A stretch of DNA of 26,167 nt from positions 1 to 26,167 of the IMG/VR virus record IMGVR_UViG_3300048575_000498. One strand, 5' to 3'. A model generated the notes under the pieces. The model saw nothing but the letters and a program-made list of their open reading frames with translations, was not told the DNA's origin and made no database searches. Shown here piece by piece: positions 1-5,934 of this stretch; the stretch's first letter is position 1; each line of letters starts with the position of its first letter. The DNA is from a virus. Its lineage: Duplodnaviria; Caudoviricetes. Position numbers and translations under genes: made by a program.

Positions 1-240
1 ATGAAAGCACCTACCTACCTTCGTGTTGATGTCACATACAAGTCTGATGGCACCATCGTCCCCAACACTATCTACTGGACAGACTGCACACCCTATGTCA
101 TTGACCGCATTCTTGATGTCCGTCCTGGCTCCAGCCTCAAGCATGGCGGCGCTGGCCTGCGGTACAAGGTGCGCATCCAGGATCATGAAAGGGAGCTGTT
201 TCTGGTGGAGAACAAGTGGTTCATAGAGGAAAAAGATTAG
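1..240 (+). CDS. Small (79 aa) protein resembling the conserved hypothetical proteins encoded next to UmuC/DinB-type polymerase genes in Clostridia
   Basis: The pattern DG.I.P..I.W.D...Y.IDRILDVRP..SLK.GG.G.RY.VRI....LF....KWF.E matches my recollection of this family. The partner gene would lie outside the window, so the context cannot be confirmed. Confidence 0.55.
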   Translation: MKAPTYLRVDVTYKSDGTIVPNTIYWTDCTPYVIDRILDVRPGSSLKHGGAGLRYKVRIQDHERELFLVENKWFIEEKD

Positions 241-247
241 TACGATA

Positions 248-275
248 GCGTTCAGCGGCCGGCTGGGCGCTTTTT
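248..275 (+). terminator. Intrinsic terminator after the 79-aa gene
   Basis: AGCGTTCAGC-GGCCG-GCTGGGCGCT hairpin followed by TTTTTGTT. Confidence 0.75.
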
Positions 276-276
276 G

Positions 277-305
277 TTGCACTATAGAATTGTTCATGCT
301 ATAAT
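277..305 (+). promoter_or_regulatory. sigmaA-type promoter for 375..590
   Basis: TTGCAC-17 bp-TATAAT with an extended -10 (TGn). Confidence 0.75.
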
Positions 306-374
306 TTGGTAAAAGAATGAGATCGTAGACTTTCACGACACTGACGATATGATGATAGAAAGGGCAGAAAAGCT

Positions 375-590
375 ATGCTGTGGGCGATCGCGGCGTATAT
401 ACTTCAAGGAATCATATGCGCTTCGTTGAGCGACGGACTTTCAAAGCGTAAGGGATACATAGGGGCTAGGTTTGCAACGCTGGGGTTCTTTTTCGGTATC
501 TTTGGACTGTTATATGCAGTTGGGCTTCCGCTTGAAAGAGATGACGATATTGAACGAATACGCAATCCCAAAAATGTATCTACAGAATGA
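375..590 (+). CDS. Small two-TM membrane protein (moron)
   Basis: Two hydrophobic segments separated by KRKG. The GFFFGIFGLL..VGLP pattern is typical of small phage membrane proteins. It has its own promoter and an AAGGG RBS. Confidence 0.7.
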   Translation: MLWAIAAYILQGIICASLSDGLSKRKGYIGARFATLGFFFGIFGLLYAVGLPLERDDDIERIRNPKNVSTE

Positions 591-712
591 AATAAAAATT
601 CGCCCGGCTCATCACCAAGGGCGTCTCGCATTACCAGCTCATAGCCGCCACAAGCATCTAAATTTATGGCGTTTCAGAGAATCACACCGAGAATGCTCAT
701 GTAGTTAAAATA

Positions 713-741
713 TTGATATACAAGCCATTATATGGTATACT
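713..741 (+). promoter_or_regulatory. sigmaA-type promoter for 762..1046
   Basis: TTGATA-17 bp-TATACT with TGn, followed by an AGGAGG RBS. Confidence 0.75.
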
Positions 742-761
742 GACTAAAAGGAGGGATTACC

Positions 762-1046
762 ATGAGCCCAGAGCAACAGGTAAAGGCCCTGCAAGCAGTT
801 CTAGAGCACGGGAAACATTACACATTGCCAGAGATTTTAGACGTCGTAAAAACCATAACAGGAAACGACAAACTTATAAACAACACCCTAGAAAGCCTTT
901 ACAAGGACGGTGTCATTCTCGCACACTATGGAAACAAACCGGAAGAAGCAATACGTATTGATTTTTACACTCATCCAGATATTCCTGATGATGGATTACC
1001 GATCGACATAACAAAAGTTAAGATTCGGAAAGTTGAAATTGTATAG
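762..1046 (+). CDS. Hypothetical 94-aa protein (possibly a winged-helix-like N-terminus)
   Basis: Strong RBS (AAAGGAGGG) 5-7 nt before the ATG, with its own promoter and terminator. The fold guess from YTLPEIL...TLESLYKDGVI is weak. Confidence 0.75.
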   Translation: MSPEQQVKALQAVLEHGKHYTLPEILDVVKTITGNDKLINNTLESLYKDGVILAHYGNKPEEAIRIDFYTHPDIPDDGLPIDITKVKIRKVEIV

Positions 1047-1047
1047 C

Positions 1048-1097
1048 TGAACAGTAAACCTCCGGCACATCACCGGGGGTTGCTTATTCAGGTTTTT
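1048..1097 (+). terminator. Intrinsic terminator after 762..1046
   Basis: AACCTCCGG-CACATCA-CCGGGGGTT core stem, extended by CTGAA/TTCAG pairing and followed by GTTTTT. Confidence 0.65.
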
Positions 1098-1438
1098 CGG
1101 CACGCTGTGTCAGTCTTCTACCTTTCAAAGACCGGTCACACATTCAGTTGACGTTTCTCTGATTTTCTGTAAAACAGTTGAGAGCGGTACATATCAATTA
1201 TAGTACACTTTAGGTGCGAAACTGGAAAGCGATGTTGGCCTCAAACACGGTGACATCGTGCCACAAGTACCTGTGCCGTATCCATGGCCGCTAAAGAGCA
1301 CTGTTCATGGTACAGACTAGATTGTTTTTCGAGGAAATGGACCCGACGCAGCAATAGTGCCGGGTTTTGAAGCATTCTAAATTTATTGCTTAAAAAGGTG
1401 AGCGCTTTCTCCTTTATTTCAACATGTTGTTAATCATC

Positions 1439-1467
1439 TTGATATCTGTAAAAATTGATAATATAAT
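1439..1467 (+). promoter_or_regulatory. sigmaA-type promoter for the DUF4760-like gene
   Basis: TTGATA-17 bp-TATAAT. Confidence 0.75.
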
Positions 1468-1494
1468 ACCAAAAGATGAAATGAGGTGTGGCAT

Positions 1495-2487
1495 ATGGCC
1501 TTGAACAAAAATGATGATGGTAAATGGGTTAATATTTTTGTGGTTGTTTACGTATTCGTACTTATTGTATTGGTGATAGCTATATTGGTTAGTGCATTAA
1601 ATATCAGCCTTACGACTAATGAAATAGTGTTGTTTATATCTGCATTAGCAAATATCGCAACTATAACCGGAGCATTTCTCATCTACAAACAAATTAAGCA
1701 GGCGACAAAAAGCTCAGATGCACAATTATCACAAGCTAATGTGATTCATGAAGAAAGTAGTAAGCATATGACCATTCGTGAATCTGTAGCTATAGCAAAA
1801 CTATTTCAAGAAAAAATTGTGACTTTAATATGCATTATAACTGATATATACTTTAGTTCTTCCTTAAAGGAATTTGCGGACAATAGGCTATCGGATAAAA
1901 ATATATATGATTTTGAAGAAAAGGAAGCAACGGCACTTTTTGGGCCTGACTGTTTAGAAAGACATAATAATGCCCTATTAAATTTAGATGCAAAGTTAGC
2001 ATATGGTTTTTTATGTGCCCATTTACCAAATGATCACTCTTTACAATCCATCAAAATTAAAGAAGATGGTTCATTAGATAAAAATCAAGTATTTGAAATT
2101 AGGTCAACATTTTTCAATATGATAAGCGATGCGTTGAACACACTAGAATGGATAGCTATGTTACTTAATACGGGTGCTGCTAATGATGATGTGATCTACC
2201 AATCTTTACATCAAAAACTACTGCCATTTATTAGGTTGAACTATTTCAGTATATCTTCATGTAACAAAGGATCAAATCCTGTTGATAAATTCTACTGTAA
2301 TCTACTAGAATTATATAATAGGTGGAATAGTAAAAGACTAGAAAAGTTAAATGAAATTGAACTGGCAGAAAAAGAAAGAGCTGATATTATGCAAACAACA
2401 GAAGCTCGCTTGCAAAAAATCGAACATGATACTAGAAAAAGGATAGTTGTAAATCCACCCAATGTAAAGCAAGCAGGCTCTTCGTGA
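1495..2487 (+). CDS. AT-rich moron: two N-terminal TM helices, a DUF4760-like soluble domain and a C-terminal coiled coil
   Basis: ATG at 1495 follows a GAGGTG RBS (the ORF track starts at the upstream GTG, 1486). LNTLEWIAM...G.ANDDVIYQSLH...FY.NL.ELYNRW resembles DUF4760. It is markedly more AT-rich than the virion genes. Confidence 0.75.
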   Translation: MALNKNDDGKWVNIFVVVYVFVLIVLVIAILVSALNISLTTNEIVLFISALANIATITGAFLIYKQIKQATKSSDAQLSQANVIHEESSKHMTIRESVAIAKLFQEKIVTLICIITDIYFSSSLKEFADNRLSDKNIYDFEEKEATALFGPDCLERHNNALLNLDAKLAYGFLCAHLPNDHSLQSIKIKEDGSLDKNQVFEIRSTFFNMISDALNTLEWIAMLLNTGAANDDVIYQSLHQKLLPFIRLNYFSISSCNKGSNPVDKFYCNLLELYNRWNSKRLEKLNEIELAEKERADIMQTTEARLQKIEHDTRKRIVVNPPNVKQAGSS

Positions 2488-2498
2488 GAAGAGCCTGC
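2473..2498. terminator. Probably bidirectional hairpin terminator shared by convergent genes
   Basis: Perfect 11-bp stem GCAGGCTCTTC-GTGA-GAAGAGCCTGC. The loop contains the TGA stop of 1495..2487, and T-rich tracts follow on both strands. Confidence 0.75.
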
Positions 2499-2505
2499 AT
2501 TTGGT

Positions 2506-2610
2506 TTAGCCTTTTTCCTTTTTCAGTCGGTCTAATATTTCTCGTTGCCTCAAAATCTCTTTTTCATCAATGTTGGTATCCGGAGAAAGATTCTTGATTT
2601 GAGGGAACAT
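2506..2610 (-). CDS. Unannotated 34-aa charged peptide MFPQIKNLSPDTNIDEKEILRQREILDRLKKEKG
   Basis: Translated by hand (below the ORF-track cutoff). AAGGAGG RBS 8 nt upstream of the ATG, two upstream promoters and a downstream terminator. Confidence 0.7.
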   Translation of the reverse strand: MFPQIKNLSPDTNIDEKEILRQREILDRLKKEKG

Positions 2611-2659
2611 TTTTCATGCCTCCTTTTAAATCAAAAGCTATAAACTTTTGACTAATACT

Positions 2660-2688
2660 ATGATATCAAATTGCTTGAAAAAAGTCTA
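2660..2688 (-). promoter_or_regulatory. Proximal sigmaA promoter of the peptide gene
   Basis: Minus strand TAGACT-17 bp-TATCAT with TGn. Confidence 0.65.
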
Positions 2689-2738
2689 CAGAAAATGCTC
2701 AAGTAATTCGCTTTAAAATTCATTGATTTATCAGTACG

Positions 2739-2766
2739 ATTATATCATTGAAAATAGTACTGTCAA
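2739..2766 (-). promoter_or_regulatory. Distal consensus sigmaA promoter of the peptide gene
   Basis: Minus strand TTGACA-16 bp-TATAAT with TGn, and an A/T-tract UP-like region upstream. Confidence 0.75.
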
Positions 2767-2900
2767 TAGCAAAAATTTTTTCTGCTAATTTGCACAATTA
2801 CACATTGAATAAGCACTTAATTACGCAGAATTTGCGAAAGCAAAAGGAATCCTTGGGGATAGCCAATGGCCTTTATTAGGTCATTCGGTTTGTTTGATAG

Positions 2901-3026
2901 ACGATCAGATTTCGCCTGCTCCAAGGCGAACCGCTATCGGAGGATGTCTCTGCCCAGGGCCTGAGCCTCAACACCTTTATCGTGCAGCAATTGATAGGGC
3001 AGTGGAAGAAGCCAAAAAAGAAAATA
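2901..3026 (+). pseudogene. Degenerate ribbon-helix-helix (Arc/HicB-like) DNA-binding gene remnant
   Basis: One frame reads TIRFRLLQGE...SAQGLSLNTFIVQ. After a 1-nt shift near 2987 it continues (A)IDRAVEEAKKEN. There is no start codon or RBS, and an in-frame TAG lies just upstream. Confidence 0.5.
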
Positions 3027-3064
3027 GCCCCGCCCTGCACTTTTACAGGACGGGGCTTCTATTT
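3022..3064. terminator. Terminator ending the late/lysis operon (probably bidirectional)
   Basis: AGCCCCGCCCTG-CACTTTTA-CAGGACGGGGCT stem flanked by A-rich and T-rich tracts, immediately after the holin stop. Confidence 0.75.
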
Positions 3065-3067
3065 GGT

Positions 3068-3265
3068 TCAAAACCCTTCCGGATTCGTGGGGTTGTTCAG
3101 TACCCCGAACGCCACCAGCAGGGACAGTATCAGATCCACAACGGTTTGCGCCCAGGATTGCGTGATATTCAGGGCGTCATACAGCCCCAGCTGGCCTAGC
3201 AGCATCAGCATCGTGGCGGCTAGTCCGGCCCAGGTAACTTTCGACTTCCAACGATTTTGATCCAT
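3068..3265 (-). CDS. Holin (two TM segments, C-terminal NNPT motif)
   Basis: MDQNRWKSKVTW...LLVAFGVLNNPT is a typical Bacillota phage holin pattern. It lies in the lysis cassette, and the AAAGGCGG RBS supports a start at 3265. Confidence 0.85.
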   Translation of the reverse strand: MDQNRWKSKVTWAGLAATMLMLLGQLGLYDALNITQSWAQTVVDLILSLLVAFGVLNNPTNPEGF

Positions 3266-3319
3266 GATGATTCCGCCTTTCATTTTATGGAATGCATTTG
3301 ATATTCCTACCCCGGCCGC

Positions 3320-3619
3320 TTATCGGTCGGGTGGGTGCATGTTTATGTGGTCTTCCAAGCGCCCCTCGACTCTGGCCACGCGCTCGGACAGTCGGCCAAA
3401 GTTCTCACGCGTGGCCCGTTGCTCGATCTTGATATCGTCCACGCCGCGCTTGATGTACTCAATGTCGATTTGTAGCCCGGCGCCCGCCCCAGCCTCCTGG
3501 ACTACGTCTTTGTGCTTTGTATACCGCCATGTCATCACGCCCAGGATGATGCTGGCCACCACACCCACGGCCCCCAGGATCCCGCCAAGAATACCTATGA
3601 TCAGTCCTGCTTGTTGCAT
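3320..3619 (-). CDS. Single-TM plus coiled-coil lysis-cassette protein (XhlA-like / holin accessory)
   Basis: N-terminal TM helix followed by IEYIKRGVDDIK...LSERVARVE. It lies between the lysin and the holin. Start placed at the second ATG on RBS spacing. Confidence 0.7.
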   Translation of the reverse strand: MQQAGLIIGILGGILGAVGVVASIILGVMTWRYTKHKDVVQEAGAGAGLQIDIEYIKRGVDDIKIEQRATRENFGRLSERVARVEGRLEDHINMHPPDR

Positions 3620-3651
3620 TGGTTTCATCCCCCGGCTTATAATGAGGCATT

Positions 3652-3673
3652 AAAAAAGGCCCCTCACGGCCTT
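3652..3673 (-). terminator. Terminator-like hairpin between the endolysin and membrane lysis genes
   Basis: Minus strand AAGGCC-GTGAGG-GGCCTT followed by TTTT. Confidence 0.55.
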
Positions 3674-3702
3674 ATACAGGGCTCGCGCGGCAGATGTGAC
3701 AA

Positions 3703-4587
3703 TCACCCCACCGCCTTTGTCGAGCCTGGATGGGCGGCCAGCATCGCGTCAGCTTGTGCCAGGCTGAGGCCCGGTACGGTGACGGTGTACCGGTCATCTG
3801 CAGGTGGTGTTACATCCGGATTTTTTAACAATGCCGCCCATGTGGACGGGCCGCAAATGCCGTCCACGGTGAGACCTTGTAGCCCTTGGAAGGTGCGCAG
3901 GGCGGTATCCGTCAGCGGTCCGAAGATACCGTCAGCCTTGATCTGTGTCCCGTGTACGATAAGCCTTCCCTGCATCTCGGCCACGGTGGGCCCTTTCGCA
4001 CCCTTTCGGATGGTATCATGGCTATTGTCGATAGGTACCGGTGTAGTAGGCATAGTGGTCTCCCCTTCCTCGTCCAGGCCTCTGAATTTTGCCCAGTGTG
4101 TAAATGACCGGCCTATCATGGATCGCCGCACAACGCCGTATTGATGCCCATGGGCTTCCGCCTCGGTGCCATCTCCAAGGCATATGGCGGTATGCTCCGT
4201 GACGCCGTTGACAACCCTGTGGAGCACTAACCCCTTGCTATTTGCCGGTAAGGTATCTATCGTCCCTTGAGCCTCCCATATGTCTTGTTTTCGCTGGCTG
4301 GATGCCCCGGACACAAGCTTATACCCGGCTGCCGCTGCGCACACTCTGACGAGTTGAGCGCAATCATAACATTTTTTACCCAACCACTGCGGGCCGTATT
4401 TGCGTATCTTGTCAGCATAGGCGGAGTAGGCTTTGGCCTGGGCATCAAGGCGGGCCTGAGTGCAAACCCAGCCCGTTGCCCCCATGACGTAGCCACATGT
4501 AACCTTAGCTGCAGGCGGAGTGCCAATATAGGCGTCTACAGGGCACCTATCGATTGCCGCCTGTACGATCAAATCTCGCTTATTCAT
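3703..4587 (-). CDS. Endolysin: NlpC/P60-type cysteine peptidase plus PG_binding_1 domain
   Basis: YDCAQL (catalytic Cys) and EHTAICLGDG..AEAHG (His), then KGAKGPTVAEMQ..L...DGIFGPLT..A...FQ...GLTVDGICGP.TW. GGAGGTG RBS. Confidence 0.88.
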   Translation of the reverse strand: MNKRDLIVQAAIDRCPVDAYIGTPPAAKVTCGYVMGATGWVCTQARLDAQAKAYSAYADKIRKYGPQWLGKKCYDCAQLVRVCAAAAGYKLVSGASSQRKQDIWEAQGTIDTLPANSKGLVLHRVVNGVTEHTAICLGDGTEAEAHGHQYGVVRRSMIGRSFTHWAKFRGLDEEGETTMPTTPVPIDNSHDTIRKGAKGPTVAEMQGRLIVHGTQIKADGIFGPLTDTALRTFQGLQGLTVDGICGPSTWAALLKNPDVTPPADDRYTVTVPGLSLAQADAMLAAHPGSTKAVG

Positions 4588-4607
4588 CAGATCAGTTCAC
4601 CTCCAAA

Positions 4608-4631
4608 TAAAAGGAACGGTCTCACCGCCCC
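4608..4631 (-). terminator. Terminator-like hairpin directly upstream of the lysin RBS
   Basis: Minus strand GGGGCGGT-GAG-ACCGTTCC followed by TTTTATTT. The G-U pairs favour the minus strand. Confidence 0.55.
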
Positions 4632-4666
4632 TGCATAGGATAATATGGCTCATGAGCAATCCTCCG

Positions 4667-4719
4667 CCTGCAGGCACAACGGAACAATCCCATTTTCGTT
4701 GTGCCTGCGGGTTTTTGTT
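4667..4719 (+). terminator. Long antisense-oriented hairpin/terminator
   Basis: 18-bp stem (4667-4684 with 4694-4711) containing two G-U pairs valid only on the plus strand, followed by TTTTTGTT. Confidence 0.65.
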
Positions 4720-4735
4720 GCCCTTACCTCCAATT

Positions 4736-4768
4736 TAAAAGGTTGCATCCGTTATAGACGCAACCTTT
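4736..4768 (-). terminator. Intrinsic terminator after the tail gene cluster
   Basis: Minus strand AAAGGTTGCGTC-TATAACG-GATGCAACCTTTT, adjoining the stop of 4767..4991. Confidence 0.7.
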
Positions 4769-4991
4769 ATTTACCGGTCTTCTGGGCTTCCGGTGCAGCG
4801 GGCTGTGAGGTAATGGGGGAAGCAGGCGTAGAAACTGGCTCGGGCGGCTTTATGTCTGCTGCCGCTACGGTTTGGATCATGTCTTGCACCTGTATGACCT
4901 GCTGTTGAGCTGTAACAAACGGGCCTGTGACTTCAACCATTTGGAGAAGCTGGAGTAGTTGATTCTTCTGTTGCTGGCTATCCAAGATCAT
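4767..4991 (-). CDS. Hypothetical 74-aa protein (Gln-rich helix, Pro-rich tail)
   Basis: AAAGGAGA RBS, co-directional within the tail-to-lysis junction. Confidence 0.7.
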   Translation of the reverse strand: MILDSQQQKNQLLQLLQMVEVTGPFVTAQQQVIQVQDMIQTVAAADIKPPEPVSTPASPITSQPAAPEAQKTGK

Positions 4992-5045
4992 TTGAGTCTC
5001 TCCTTTCGTAATGGGAACTGATTTTTGTATTTCGAAAAGCGCACC

Positions 5046-5372
5046 TTAGGTAGTCGTTTTCTCTGCCTCAAGCTGCGCGATTCTTTGAAGTAGGGCATCT
5101 TCTCGTTCTTCGGCGGTTACGGTTTGAATGAAAACGGTTTGATAACGATAAATGGCACCAAATCCGCGCTGTAATGACGCTACATAGTCACCTTCTGGGC
5201 CTGTATCGATTACCTCCCAGTCGTTGTTCTGCATTGAAGAAATTTCTTCATCGGTAAGCGGCACGTCCGTGGATACCCTCAACGTGGGTCTTAACTTGCC
5301 GTCATTGTTATACTCTTTTTCTCCGTAGATTTCCCTGACCTGAATTTCCCGCCCTCCTGCAATGATTATCAT
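5046..5372 (-). CDS. Hypothetical tail-associated protein (108 aa, C-terminal coiled coil)
   Basis: The AAAGGAGA RBS supports a start at 5372. The position after the fibre genes is typical of fibre chaperones and accessory proteins. Confidence 0.7.
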   Translation of the reverse strand: MIIIAGGREIQVREIYGEKEYNNDGKLRPTLRVSTDVPLTDEEISSMQNNDWEVIDTGPEGDYVASLQRGFGAIYRYQTVFIQTVTAEEREDALLQRIAQLEAEKTTT

Positions 5373-5389
5373 ACAATGATCTCCTTTCA

Positions 5390-5926
5390 TCATCCGTGAC
5401 CACCCTGTGCCTGTCTGATAATTCCGCCATTCTTAACAAAAACTCGCGCTTCTCGCCTTATGATTCCTCCACTCCTTACGAATGGGGTTGAATAGCGCAA
5501 CACGCCTCCACTTTTCACTATTATGGGTAAAGGAACCCATTCATAGGTAACGGTCAAATAACCTGTTGTATTGGTTCTGATCGTTATGCCGTTACCAGAG
5601 CCGCCGCTCCGATGCACGTGGAACGTAAATTGTAACCCCGCAATGGCTAAAAAACGATCATCAAAAGAGGTAAGCGAAACTGTTTCAGTGTGAAAGGAAC
5701 CGTTATTTGAGAAAAGGCTTGTGTTAAACGTGCCAACATATCCAGGAACACCAAGATCAAGGTACACGGATGATACATATGTTGCTATGTTAGTAAGGGT
5801 AAGCGTAACACCCATGACATGGGCAAGTCTGTCCGTTCCACCTGACGAATTAGCGTAAAATACGCCGCCATCGGGAAAGTCGCCAGGTGTCTGAAAGTTT
5901 GAAAGATTGATAGTAAGCTGCGGCAT
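5390..5926 (-). CDS. 178-aa beta-rich tail-tip accessory protein, paralogous to the N-terminal domain of the tail fibre
   Basis: GAGGTG RBS overlapping the fibre stop. Aligns by eye with residues 1-131 of 5935..8658 and has three C-terminal V[KR][SN]GG[VI][LI]R repeats. Confidence 0.75.
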   Translation of the reverse strand: MPQLTINLSNFQTPGDFPDGGVFYANSSGGTDRLAHVMGVTLTLTNIATYVSSVYLDLGVPGYVGTFNTSLFSNNGSFHTETVSLTSFDDRFLAIAGLQFTFHVHRSGGSGNGITIRTNTTGYLTVTYEWVPLPIIVKSGGVLRYSTPFVRSGGIIRREARVFVKNGGIIRQAQGGHG

Positions 5927-5934
5927 ATGTCACC

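Noticed and set aside
1210-1262. Superficial resemblance to a c-di-GMP-I riboswitch or a tRNA ending in CCA
   Set aside because: It lacks the GGCAAAC...GCAAA core and proper P2 stem, and has no T-loop GTTC or cloverleaf.
2894-3260. ORFs 2894..3199 and 2982..3260 as real genes
   Set aside because: They lack an RBS and run through the terminator antisense to the holin. Their only protein-like parts are explained by the RHH relic.
3617-3628. Met-Lys-Pro-Met start resembling the lambda S dual-start holin/antiholin motif
   Set aside because: The only RBS-like run (GGGGG) abuts the first ATG and is properly spaced only for the second. The protein is also not a class I holin.
4645-4908. 87-aa plus-strand ORF in the pre-lysin region
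   Set aside because: It has a poor RBS, runs through a strong plus-strand terminator hairpin within its first 25 codons, and overlaps 4767..4991 antisense.
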